A program made the translations under genes and the position numbers. Positions 1 to 20,350 of a stretch of 64,000 nt of DNA are shown here, one piece after another. The DNA comes from the human T2T-CHM13v2.0 reference genome, Homo sapiens: the NCBI RefSeq assembly GCF_009914755.1, contig NC_060927.1. One strand, written 5' to 3'. The notes under the pieces were generated by a model that was not told where the DNA came from, searched no databases, and saw only the letters and a list, made by a program, of their open reading frames with translations. Position 1 is the stretch's first letter. Each line of letters starts with the position of its first letter.

Positions 1-169
1 TGATTCCCTATAGAGTCTTACTACCATCATATCACCTAAGAAAAATAACAGTAAATCCCATTTCCAGTTTACATGCAAAATTCCTCAATTACCCCTTTGG
101 GAGCTGGACTCATGGGTTTTTTTAAAAAGTAAATCCAGAATCCAGTCAAGAGATACACATTGTCTGGGC

Positions 170-410
170 AAGATTGCTTACCTTTCTAATCCTGGGAGAC
201 TGAGGTGAGAGGATCACTTGAGGCCAAGAGTTTGAGGCCAGCCTGGGCAGCATAGTGGGACACTGTCTGTACAAAAGATTTTTAAAAACTAGCTGAGTGG
301 AGTGGTGTGCACCTGAAGTCCCAGCTATTTACTTGAGCCCAGGAGTTCAAGGTTACATTGAGCTATGAACATGACACTGTACTCTATCCTGGGCCACAGA
401 GCAAGAACCT
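170..410 (+). mobile_element. Degenerate old Alu (AluJ-like)
   Basis: ggatcacttgaggccaagagtttgaggccagcctgggc ... cccaggagttcaagg. Confidence 0.75.
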
Positions 411-619
411 TCTCTGTCCCCACTCCCCTACCCCTAGAAAGATACACACATCAAGTCTGGTTGCTGTCTCTAAATCGAGAACAGTCATCTTATGTTTAGG
501 GATGTCAGCATTTGGAGAGACCAGGCCAGTTGTTTGGCAGAAGATCCCACATTCTAGATTTGTGTGATTTTCTTTGCATAGCTCCCATATTTCCTGTAAA
601 TTGGAAGTTAGGTCTAAAG

Positions 620-1270
<651 letters not shown>

Positions 1271-1438
1271 CGAAACTGTTGGTTTCTGTATAAGAGACCA
1301 TGGGGGTAAGAGGCTTGATCCAACTCGGGGTAGATGTTTTTGACAGTAACTCCTGGAGGATAGTATGTGACTGAACCACTGGAATTGCTCAAGTCTAAAC
1401 CTGCTTTTCTTTTTTTTTCAGGCTCTGTGTGCTCCGGG

Positions 1439-1462
1439 ATGGAGCAGGTGTGCAGAGGGTGA
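1439..1462 (+). other. Upstream ORF in DAG1 5'UTR (MEQVCRG*), in frame with main ORF
   Basis: gggATGg at 1439 (G at -3, G at +4), TGA at 1460-1462; starts 99 nt upstream of the main ATG. Translation not shown. Confidence 0.6.
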
Positions 1463-1537
1463 GAACCCAGCTCTGGGACCAAGTCACTTGCTTCCTTACT
1501 TAGCAAGACTATCGACTTGAGCAAACTTGGACCTGGG

Positions 1538-1822
1538 ATGAGGATGTCTGTGGGCCTCTCGCTGCTGCTGCCCCTCTGGGGGAGGACCTTTCTCCTCCTG
1601 CTCTCTGTGGTTATGGCTCAGTCCCACTGGCCCAGTGAACCCTCAGAGGCTGTCAGGGACTGGGAAAACCAGCTTGAGGCATCCATGCACTCAGTGCTCT
1701 CAGACCTCCACGAGGCTGTTCCCACAGTGGTTGGCATTCCTGATGGCACGGCTGTCGTCGGGCGCTCATTTCGAGTGACCATTCCAACAGATTTGATTGC
1801 CTCCAGTGGAGATATCATCAAG
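1538..1822 (+). CDS. DAG1: Dystroglycan CDS part 1 (aa 1-95: signal peptide and start of alpha-DG N-terminal domain)
   Basis: Translates [50 protein letters not shown]...SSGDIIK, the known dystroglycan N-terminus; 285 nt, phase-0 junction. Confidence 0.99.
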
Positions 1823-2534
1823 GTGAGACTGGATATAAAGCATAAATGAGGAAGAGTTCTCATCTTCCATTTTAGTTTTGGTGGCTTTTCCTTTTCAAGT
1901 CTAAGCTTCACCAATTCTGAGCTCAGTTCTTCCAGTACCCCCTTAGAAGAGGGACAGCCACTGATGTTCATAAGAGAATCCCTATATACTCAGAATAGCA
2001 TCCTAAACTGTATTCTTGTTCCTATTCTGAGGGCATCACCATGTAATAGCCTTTACTCTGGAAGTTCTACTGAACACTGATTTAGGGATTTGTTGGAAAG
2101 GTCTGTCACGTGTATAGGGAAAGGTTACCTTTAATAAAACACAGAGTTAAACCCCAAAAAATAGGACTTTTATGCTTTGAACTTACTTTTTAAAATAAGA
2201 TATAAATAAATATAGGAGTTCTGCTCTGATTTGCTGATGTATGTTGGCTAATGTAATTGATCACTTAAGAACCAAAATTAGTACCCAAACTTCAGCCTTG
2301 CCCCATATCCTTTGGAGAAGCCATCCAGAGAACAATGGAATCTGAGGCCCGTGTAGAGAAGAGTGTCTTGGTTGACCCAGGATAGAAATCAGGTGAAATA
2401 GGAAGCTTTTGTGTGATGAAGCACCATCTCTCTGTCTGAGTTTGTGGAACCATGGAATTTCCCCTAGATCTTAAATGAGTTTGTTTCATGGACAGGTGGG
2501 TGGGATGTACCCCTCAAGTTATGAACATCTTCTA

Positions 2535-2940
2535 GAGCAGAAGTCAGCACACTTCACCCAAGCTGGAGTGCACTGGCATGATCATGTCTCACTGTAGCCT
2601 TGACCTCCCAGGCTCAAGTGATCCTCCCACCTCAGCCTCCCAAGTAGCTGGGACTATAAGCACATATCAGCACACCTGGCTAATTTTTGTACTTTTTGTA
2701 GAGATAGGGTTTTGTCATGTTGCTCAAGCTAGTCTTGAACTCCTGAGCTCAAGCCATCTTCCTGCCTTGGCCTCCCAAAGTGCTGGGATTGCAGGCATGC
2801 ACCACTGCACCAAGCTCCAGGCAGTAAATATTTTAGGCTTTGCAGGCCATATGGTTTCTGTCAGAACTCCTCGACTCTGCCTGTGTAGTGTTAAAGTAGC
2901 CTTTACAATATATAAATCAATGGGCAATAAAACTTTACGG
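2535..2940. mobile_element. MER58A-like DNA transposon interrupted by an antisense AluJ (~2557-2817)
   Basis: gtaaatattttaggctttgcaggccatatggtttctgtc...actctgcc...caataaaacttta. Confidence 0.7.
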
Positions 2941-2993
2941 TGGATACTTTTTCTTTTTTAATTTTTTACACTTATAGTCCCATTCTGACTTGA

Positions 2994-3890
<897 letters not shown>

Positions 3891-4027
3891 CCTGCCCTAC
3901 AGCATTCCTTCTCTAGAGGTGTGGCCTACATGTGAACTAAAAGTATTCTGAGACCTATACTTTGTTAGGTATTTTCTGTATGATCTCTGCATTCAGACTT
4001 CTACATACATTTAGTGCTCTGGCTTTC

Positions 4028-4440
4028 TGTTGGTGTGTTTAAACCACCAAAACAGTGGTTTAACTCAACCAGCTTGTTTTACTCAACATTTTTTGGCCAG
4101 GAATTCAGAGATAAGGAACCTTATCTCTGTTTCACATGGTACTAGGTAGAGTGGCTCACCTGGGGCTGGGGAATTCACTTCTAAGTTGGCTCATTCATGG
4201 CTGGCAAGTTGATGCTGCCTGTTGACAGGGAGCTTAGCTGGGGCTGTTGGTCAGTGTCCTTGATTCCTCTTCATGTAGACCTCTCCATGGGCTGCTTAGG
4301 TGTCCTCAAAGCACGATAGATGGATTTTAAGATTAGGTATTTCGAGAAATAGGAAAGGAAGCTGCCCAATCTCTTAAGGCCCAGAACTTGCCCAACAACA
4401 CTTCCATTTTACTCCATTGGTCAAAGCACATATAGACTCT
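4028..4440. mobile_element. Old ERVL-MaLR LTR (MLT1-like)
   Basis: atggctggcaagttgatgctg...gggagcttagctggggctg...ctctccatgggctgctt...ccattggtcaaagca. Confidence 0.6.
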
Positions 4441-5309
4441 GATGGGTGTTTACCAGCTTGCCCCCGTGACCCGTAAGCCCCAGCCTTCTAGATTAGAAAT
4501 GGCCACAAGTTCTATGCCACTCTTTCCTTGCAGAGGTGAGTCTGTGCCCTTTTCCCTGAATCTGGGTGGACCTCCCCTTCAGCCTGCTCCCTTCTTGTGT
4601 TCGCCTCCTTTTCCCTGTTGGTCACCTTCTTTTTAAGCCGTGGCTTGTTCTCAGAGTGACCTTGTGGTCTCTGGGGCAACCGTATTTCTGAAGATCTTGG
4701 CCCATGTAGCAGCTCACATGTAGCAGTTCACAGAGCTCTTCCTAGTTTGCAGAGTGTTTGCATAAAGTTTCCTTGTCATCTTTGTAATATCCCAGCAAGC
4801 TAGATGCTAATCTGACCATTAGATACAGAGTGGTGGCTCTGGAAGGTACATTTCTTGCTCAGCTTCAGATTTAATCCTGAATATCCATACCCTGCATTGG
4901 TTGCCTTTGTTCCAGTAGCCATTGGAATGTTTTACGTGGATTAATCTTGGCCAGAAGTGCCTTGAACTGATACAGCAAACTAGATATTTGTTGTATTTGG
5001 CAGAGAGATGTTTAACAGGCTTATTTACCAAGGGGGTGAAGAGATTTTACTGAGAAAACAGGATTTTATCTGAGCATATTTATCTGTGGAAAGCAGACCA
5101 TTTAGTAGCTGATGAGCTTGTAGAAAAACAGATGAAGATGTGTGACTCTTCGTTCCAGTCTTAACCACCGGGATTATATGGGTTGGGGAGTCAGAAGGTC
5201 AGAAAGCCTGATCTTGTTCCTAGAGCTTTGGTTTCTGCATCTGTAAAGCAGGATTTAGAAAGTCTTTATATTAAAGGAATTTTTTTCTTATTATAATAAT
5301 GATGCATAA

Positions 5310-6690
<1,381 letters not shown>

Positions 6691-7948
6691 CCACTATTCT
6701 TGAGTGTGTGAGGAACATTTCAGATATTGGTCCTAAGGATGCTTGTTGAGGCGACCCCAGTCATCTTGGGCCCACTGGTACTGCCCTTCATCCAAGCTAC
6801 TGCTTGCTTACTTCTTCCTAGGCTCCCCCTGCCTTTGTTCTTGACCTCTCAATTTGTTCTCCATATTGAGTCAAGAGATGTCTTTATCTTTCTAAAGCTT
6901 AAATCTATTCAAAATCCCTTTTTACTGAGCTGCACCAAGAATCGAACCCCATATGATCTGGCCTGTGACCTCCTCTCCCACATCTTTTTCTTTGTATACT
7001 TTGTCCCAGCCACACTGGTCCTTTTCTGCCCAGTGAACACACCTAGCTTAGGGTCCACCCCAAGCTTTTGATTCTTTCTTCTTTTGTCATGGGTACAGCC
7101 ATATCTTTCAGGCTCAACTTGGACATCATCTGTTGGAGCCCTTTCCTTCCACCCTGGTAAAAGCAGCTTTCCCACAAAACTCTGTGTCATCTTCTTCTTA
7201 GCAGATTTCTGTATTTGAAATTCTTGTTTTTTGTTAGTCATGTTTGCCTTCCATCACATAGTAGGCCCTCAAATGTTTGTAGGCTGGCAAAGGGAATGAG
7301 GACTCATTTAGCACCTGCAAACCTGTTTTGGATTGTCAAAGCCTGCCTTGCTGTATGCAGGGAGAAATGCTAGCCTGTGCTGGGGCAGCAAGAGACTAAG
7401 TTCACCTGCTGCCCCACAGTGTACTATGGTCTTGCCGTGTTTTGAGGCCTCAGGCCCTGTGACACACACACTTTCAAATGACTTCTTGTTGTATTTTCAC
7501 ATTGGAAAGTGGCCCCACCCTGTCCCTCTAACACTTGACTGTGTGTTTATTGATCCATTATTAGTACAAACTCACTGTTTCCTAATATTCAATAGTTTAT
7601 TGCTCATCTTAATTATTGTGGTGTTCAAATTGTCCCAGATTTGACCATTGGGAGCCCCTTTAAGTTGGTTCCTGTATTCTTGTGATATGCCCCTGTCAAT
7701 CATTAAGTGCTTCCTTACTTTCTGGGATAAGATGCTCCAGGCCTGTCTTGTATTCACCCTCCCTCAGCCATTTCTTCAAGGAGCCTGATTCCTTTTTGTG
7801 GTGAATGTTATTGGGGGTTCAGATCTGGGTGCTAGGTGAGTTCATTGCCACTGGGATTTCCTTGCTTCTTTGAGCCGTTCAGCAGATAGTGTGGCTCCAT
7901 TTTTAGATGACAAAGTGGTAGCTAAGTGACTTATCTCGGAGCACATAG

Positions 7949-8295
<347 letters not shown>

Positions 8296-11200
8296 CCAAG
8301 AGGCTTCTTGAGCCTGTAGTATATAAGGTCTTATCTTCAGGTAACTGACCTGTGTTTATTTTGTGTGTCAGCATGCTTTGGAATTATAATTTAATGCTTT
8401 GTTCTAGTCAGTTTTAGAAGACTTCCCTCGTAGTTGTCTGTTACCGTGCCTCTGACCTCTGACACTGCAGGGCTGTGGAAGAGAGAGACACACTGGGTAT
8501 GCCTTGACATGGATGGTGTCACATGTGATGAGACGGGTTTGTACAACCTGCCATGCATGTGGGCATCTTTGAGCCAGAGCAGAAGCTGACCTATCATTGG
8601 GCCCAAAACTGATTGCTAAGTAAATGGCTGGTTTACAGTTCTGGCTTTTGGAATGAAGGCTGCAGGACCACAGGTTTGGAAGATCAGGGCCAACCTTGAT
8701 GAAAGTGAAAGGAGAGTCTGAGTGAAAGGTGATGTCTGGCTGGTAAGCTATCATTGTTCCCTGTGTAGGGTTCTAGATACTTGGCATAGGACCTGTTTCG
8801 AAGTAGATGCCTAATTAAAGGCTTGCTATGTGATAAAGCATTAACAGAGGTGGAGCAACAACGGTAAGACATGTGGGACAGTGGTGGGTTGCAGAGCTCC
8901 ATGTGGGGAATTTGAGAAGTTGTTGGGAGCACATGGAGTTGGGCTCCTCAGCAGAGAAAGGCCAGTGCCCACATGTGGCAGGGTTGTCAATTTGAGTGAA
9001 AGTAAATGGAGAGAGAAGTGGGTCCGTAAGGGGCTTTTCAAAGGCTTTCTTCCCCAAGTATCAGAGGAAGAAGAAGCTGGTGAAGAACTGAGGTAGGAGG
9101 TACTGAGCCTGGCCTGCTTCCTCCTAAGCCCCATGTGGGATGTCCAGATGAGGGTTGGTCTATTTGGGCAGGGCTGAGTTGCCAAATGAAGACTCAGGTG
9201 GAACGTGATCTGCATGGTCTGTCCCAAGACCTGGTGAGATTAGATGGCATAGTTGTCATACTTGCTGATTGGTTAGGGGATATGCATGGGGGTTGACGGT
9301 AGAATAATCCAGTGTTTATAGCACACTTAGATGCTGGTCTGTTGAAGGGCTAGAAAATTAAGTTCTCATTCTAAGTGAGCTGTGTTGACTGCCTGAAAAG
9401 CCTGGCCTGACCTGTGTGGGCTTCTGGTTACTTTATTTCAGGAGGTTGTGCTGCCTGGTGTCAGTCTGTTGATATACCCAACAAAGCGCCTGAAGCAAAT
9501 GCTTCGCTACATTTTATATTGGTGTATACTTTACACGTCAGTCTGCAGGGTCAGGAGAATAAAGAAGGGACCTGCCTGCGCAGAGGGTATAGCCCCAAGA
9601 TCCTGGCTCTTCTGCTCTGCCCCACACCTGACACTCCTTCATGTTCTGACAGCTCTTGTCCAGTCTCAGCCTGGCCAGCACTTGTTGCTTAACCAATGCT
9701 GTTCTCCAGTTCTGCCTTGAGAATTGATATTCTGTTATTGACCCCAGCTTAACTCACACATGGACTGCTTTGACCAGACGTGTGAGAAGGGGCTATGGGC
9801 TCCCTCAAGGTCCTCATGGCCAGCATAGCTTTTTTGAGAGACCTGTGCCATGGGGCCCCTGTCTCCTCTCTTGTGGCCTTAGGAAACCCTAAAGCAGATA
9901 GTCTTGATGTTTGCTCCCTTGAATCAGACTGGATGCCTGTATACAAAGCTCAGCCCAGCTCTTGACTGTCCTTGGCTCTCACAGCTACTTTTGGAGCTGA
10001 GAGGACCCTTTCTCCTTATCAGGGTCTGTGGGGATGGGTCCCACAGAAGCCAACCTGGCCTTCACTCAGTGGATCCTGGCCTGTCCTGGGCTGGCAACAG
10101 TATGAGCCACCCTTGTCTCCCTTGGGTTTGGTGCTGGATCCCTGCAGGCACCTCTCCTCTGACTTGAGTGTGGGACTGGCTGAGAAATGTGATTATATGC
10201 CAGGAGATGTTCTAACCTCTCCTCGAAGGTGGTCAGGGAGAGACATCTTTACATTTCATGAAATGCCCAGGCTGCCCCTCAGATGTCTCATTTTGGTAGA
10301 GCCTGCAAGGATGGCTTTTCATCCCTGCTTCCCTTTAGCCTTCTTGCCTGCAGACAATGTGGACCTTCCCTCAGCCCAAGATGTTGGCAGGCTGGGAGCA
10401 GCCCTTCCTGGGACTGTGCTCTCAGCTGCTGGCACGGGCCCCCAATTGTTCCCCTGAGAACAATGGGCACTCTCTTTGGCTAGGAAGGGGAGTTCATGAA
10501 AGGAGCATTTCTTTGGATGCTTGAGAGCTTTGTGGCAGCCCCGCCTGTGTGAGATGAGCTGCAGTTTCTTCCTGCCTTGAGTGGGTGTTCCGCATTTCTG
10601 AATGGACCCCTTGTGAACAGAGCACACCGGGAAATGCGGGTTGGCGATGGAAGGCATCCTTGGTGGTGGGCTGTCAGAATGGCATTTGCCCAGATTCATC
10701 AACTCAAATACTTAGTGAAAATATAGGCTTCTATGTTTAAAAAAATCACTGACAAAGACTGAAAGAGAACATGACAAAGTAAAATAGATGATGTCAGGGC
10801 TCCAGATTGAAGGACTGATTCTGAGGATTTTATTAGTGGCTCTAACTATGTTAAGCTGCCCTTTACTTTTTTGGGGAAAAAGACTAATTTTTGCTTTTAG
10901 ATGAGAACAGTGAACATGAGATAAAATGCTTTGTAGCTCAGACCAGAAGGGCATTGACTGGGCTGAACAGTGTGTTCAGTATTGATCCTGTGGCGTTGGT
11001 GTTTGTGGCAGGGGCCAGGTTCTGCTTTGAGGTTTGCATGTCTAACAGCAGGACCAATGATGATCCCTTGTGGGTGTGACTCTGCTAAGGCCGCATGTAC
11101 TTAACTTCCCTCATGATTTTTTACCTCAGGTGGGGACAAAGGCCTGGCCCTCTGACCTTAAGCTAGAGGCTCTTCCTGTTGGTCTGTGCCATCTCCCTGC

Positions 11201-12046
11201 AGCACAGCCATGTGACTGCCCATGTTCCTCATTAGCAGAAGGCCACAGAGCAGATTTATCTCATTGTCTTAGTCCATGGCACAGACACAGGATAACCCTG
11301 AGTGTGAGTCAGCACCAAGGCTGATACTCCATCAGAGGGTCCATCTCCTGCTTCCCTGAGCAGAGGACACACAGTCAGCTTGCAATGAGGAGGCCTTGAC
11401 TGCCTCATGTGGGAGTGCCTCCAGGGTGTTGTCTATGGTACCCAGCCATAGATGGCTGCAGGTTGGCCCAGCTCTGCAGCCTGACTAGGGATGAGGGAGC
11501 TGAAAGGTCGGGAATTGATGACCAGGTCTGAAGGAAAGCAGGGACTTTGCCAACGCAGGCCTCTGCAGGTCCAGCATTGGGATGTCACGGGGCAGCAGTC
11601 TGTATCACTTTGAAATGGATCTGTTGGGGGACACGGGGAAGGGCCCAGCCCACACCTTAAGGGCTGACATGTCCAGAGGTATTGATGGAAGGTGCCACCA
11701 CCAAGGCCCAAAGTTCCCTCCAAAAGATTTGTAGTGAGAAGGAATGCTCACCAAATCAGTTTCTCGATTATGTTATTCTTAGGATCCCTCTTTACTGGCC
11801 ATCATCAGCTGTGAAAGTGCTCGTACATCTGTCTAGAGTCTTTGCTTGCCATTTCTAAGTCCTGCAACTCCTGCATGGATAAGACATCATCTTGTGGGCC
11901 CTGAATGATACAGCTTGTGTTTTCTTGGTTTCATAAGCCAATTATAATTATTTGGCCCTAGAGAGAGCCTAATTCTTCAGTTTTGTTTTTCAGCTATGCA
12001 TAACTGACTCAGACTATGGGTGGAAACCTGCTTTTATGAGAACTAA

Positions 12047-13610
<1,564 letters not shown>

Positions 13611-15396
13611 TCTTTGGAACTTTTTGTGGATCTGCCCAGGTTTTGTGGTTTTGATTCTTAATGTTTTGGGATGCACTTTGTGGGTCAGGATTTCAGAAGC
13701 TGGTTATAGGCTTTTCAAGATCTTTTTTTCCTTAATGCTAGACTTACTTTCTATCTCAGAAGCACATCGTCTCTAAGGGTTGCCGAAACCAGAAAGTTTT
13801 CTGGCCTTTTTGGTGGCCTGTGAGCTACAGCCTGTGATCTCCTTAAATCAGGCTTTCTTGGGCAGTTTCTGCCTCCTGCAGATGTGCCTAGTAACTGTCT
13901 GAAGGCTTCTTTCAAGACAGCAACTGTAAGGTCAGCAGGCCTTGCCTCTCCCAGCTCCAAGGCAGTGTTGGTGTTTGGTGTTGGCTGGTAGAGAGACCTG
14001 AAATGCTGGAGGAGTTCCACGGTGGGACCAGCTTGTCACCCCAAACTCATGTGCCTCTGTGCCTCTGCTGCTAAGGACCTCAGAGCCCCAATTCCTGCCT
14101 CTTTTCTGCCCTTCCTGGCCTGGCAGCCCTTAGAGGATTAGTTGTGGGTGGCTGTGGTATAGTAGGCAGAAATCTTTATACCAGGCAAACCAAGGACTCT
14201 AAGGATAGTCAAAATCCCATGTGTAAATGTGCCAGGATCTAGTGCACCCATTTTATTAATTATAGAGACAAAGTCTCACTATGTTGCCCAGGCTGGTCTT
14301 GAACTTCTGGCCTCAAACAATCCTCTCGCCTTGGCCTCCTAGAGTGCTGGGATTACAGGTGTGAGCCACTGTGCCTGGCCTAGTCCACCTGTTTTAGGTT
14401 GAAGAGGTGAAAGCAGGTCTTTGGGTTCTCACCTGCAGCAGGTCCCCCACTTCCCCCATGCCCCTTAGTGTTTTCATCTACTTCTGGTAGACAAGTGTTG
14501 ACAGGCAACTCTCTGAGCTTCCCCAGCCTCAGCTTTGTTTCTCTATATGATTTTGGCTCCCTCATTGCCTGTTGCCTCCCCACTTACCTTAGATGCTTTG
14601 AGCTTCTGTTTTGTGGTATGAACAGGGAGACAGGACCCCACTGTGCACTGGGTCCAAGGTCAGTTGGGAAGGAGAACTAGGGAGAGGAGCCTGGACATGC
14701 CCTGGGCCCCTTTGTGCAGTAGCCTCAAATTACTTACTGGTTCTTCTCAGAGCCCATGGGAGCCATAGGAACCATTATTGGCAGAGTCCATCATGTGCCT
14801 GGCACTATAATCATATGAGGTTGGGATTGTTTCCCTGATTTTACAGATGACACTGGGGCCAAGGTTGGGTCAAGCGCCAGCCAGCCTGGAGCTGGGATTC
14901 GCAGTGAAAGATGGGCCTTCTCATGGAGTAGAAGAATGAGGATTGTTATCCCCATTGTTACGGGGATGAGTCCTGGCTTGTCATTGGGCTGCATCTGTGA
15001 GAAGGAACTTTCATATCCTGTTTCACCCTTAGGATCTGAGAAGAAGAGAAGTGATCCAGAGCCTATAAGTTTTGAAAGCTGAGGAGGTATCCAGAGTTCC
15101 CGTGGACTGAGGGCCTCCTGCTTTGTTAGGGTAGAGCAGGTGCTTTATCCCCTAGCACCTCCGGGATGAGCTAAGCCCTGAGCTGAGTCCCTTTGGGAGG
15201 GTGGGGCTCCTAGTGGAATCCTTTGGGGACTGTGGACACTGCCAAACCTTCAGGCATGTTCAGACTTTCCAGGTAGGGGCTTTCCCCAAATGGCCTTGAA
15301 AATGCAGAAGTGCCAGTGTGCCTGTGACTTGGCCAGGTTCCTTGTGGAAATTAGGTTTGTTTTGCTTCCTGTAGCCCTTCTATTAAAATGAATCAT

Positions 15397-16127
<731 letters not shown>

Positions 16128-16334
16128 AGACTGGAGATGCAGGGGTTTTAGAACATTCAGGTTAGTACTTTTTCTTCCTGAGTAGTACCCATGATCGTGG
16201 AGTGACTGCCTGCTTCAGGGCTGTAGATCTAGACACCTGTCCTGCAGCCAGGTAGTGGCCGGGACTTCAGGACCCTGGGGAGCCAAAATTTGCAGAGGGG
16301 AAAGCAGGTGACTAGGTTGGAGAGACTTGGCTCT

Positions 16335-17339
16335 TATATTAGTCTGTTCTTGTGGTGCTATAAAGAAATACCTGAGACTGGTAATTTATAGAGAAAAGAG
16401 TTTTAATTGGCTCATGGTTCTGCAGGCTATACAGGGAATATAGTGGCTTCTGCTTCTGGGGATGCCTCAGGAAGCTTCCAATCATAGTGGAAAGCAAAGG
16501 GAGAGCTGGCGCTTCACACGGCTGGCCGGAACAGGAGGAAGGCTGGGGGAGGTGCTACACACTTTTTTTTTTTTTTTGAGACGGAATCTCGCTCTGTCGC
16601 CCAGGCTGGAGTGCCGTGGCGTGATCTCGGCTCACTGCAGGCTCCGCCCCCCGGGTTCACTGCCATTCTCCTGCCTCAGCCTCCCGAGTAGCTGGGACTA
16701 CAGGCGCCCGCCACCTCGCCCCGCTAATTTTTTTTATTTTTAGTAGAGACGGGGTTTCACCATGTTAGCCAGGATGGTCTTGATCTCCTGACCTCGTGAT
16801 CCGCCTGCCTCAGCCTCCCAAAGTGCTGGGATTACAGGCGTGAGCCACCGCGCTCGGCCTTTTTTTTTTTGAGATGGAGTTTCGCTCTTCTGCCCAGGCT
16901 GGAGTGAAGTGGTGCAATCTCGGCTCACTTCAACCTCCGCCCTCTGGGTTCAAGCGACTCTCCTGCCTCAGCCTCTCGAGTAGCTGGGATTATAGGCGCC
17001 TGCCAGCATGCCCAGCTAATTTTCGTATTTTTAGTAGAGACAGGGTTTCACCATGTTGACCAGGCTGGTCTTGAACTCCTGAACTCAAGTGATCCACCCA
17101 CCTCAGCCTCCCAAAGTACTAGGATTATAGGCGTGAGCCTCTGCTCCCGGCCTACACACTTTTAAACAACCAGATCTTGTGAGAACTCTGTCATGAGAAC
17201 AGCACTAGGGGGGTGGTACTAAACGATCCATGAGAAATCACCCCCATGATCCAGTCCCCTCCCCCAGACCCCACCTCCAACACTAGGGATAATAATTTGA
17301 CATGAGATTTGGGCAGTGACACAGATGTGAACCATATAA
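16335..17339 (-). mobile_element. ERVL-MaLR solo LTR (MSTA-like) containing two antisense Alus (16562-17152)
   Basis: tataaagaaatacctgagactgg...acatgagatttggg...accatat; 5-bp TSD GCTCT (16330-16334 / 17340-17344); Alu TSD CTACACACTTTT. Confidence 0.88.
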
Positions 17340-17427
17340 GCTCTGTTTTTCTGACATGACTTGCCCCAAAGACATGGGTAAACTTTACATGGCTGCAAAG
17401 CCATGGGTAGACAATAGTAAAAGAATT

Positions 17428-18810
<1,383 letters not shown>

Positions 18811-19294
18811 TCAGGAATGTCCCATGGTTCTAGCCAGCCATTTGGCTCCCTTCTTCTAGTCCCTCTCAACCTTGTTCAGTCTCCTCTGCAGTTGGCTTCT
18901 CCTTAGTTGGCTTTACCCAGACCTCTATTCCAGGCCTTCCCTGTCACCTTTCTTCATCCTCCCTCTGCCATGTGAGCTCGTGTCCTACTGGTGGCCATTG
19001 GGATGGAGTAGAGTTAGGAAATAACCCTCAGGTGACCAAAAACCGGGGTCCACACCCTAATTCACCTACTCTCCACCTCTCAGGACCCCTACTTCTATCC
19101 CACTCCTGTAAAACATCTCATGGGCCTTACTTATTTGCTTCATGGTGGTTTTTTGTTTGTTTGTTTTTGCAAAACAAGAGCATTCAACCTTTATTTTATG
19201 TGTTTATATACGGATGTGGCAGTTTTATTTAATATAAATGAACTGAAAAATGTAAAGCTTAGATTTTTCAGCCAAAACATTTGAAATAGTGTGA

Positions 19295-20350
<1,056 letters not shown>

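Larger units (their letters stand above)
1422..1822 (+). other. DAG1: DAG1 first coding exon (401 nt: 116 nt 5'UTR + 285 nt CDS)
   Basis: Acceptor ctgcttttctttttttttcag| ends at 1421; donor AAG|gtgaga starts at 1823; contains the dystroglycan start codon. Confidence 0.97.

Noticed and set aside
1517-1849. 110-aa ORF starting at TTG and ending VRLDIKHK*
   Set aside because: It is the DAG1 exon read past its donor; the true CDS is 1538-1822. Intronic AATAAA motifs (~2205, ~2926) sit in AT-rich or repeat sequence with no other support for a truncated isoform.
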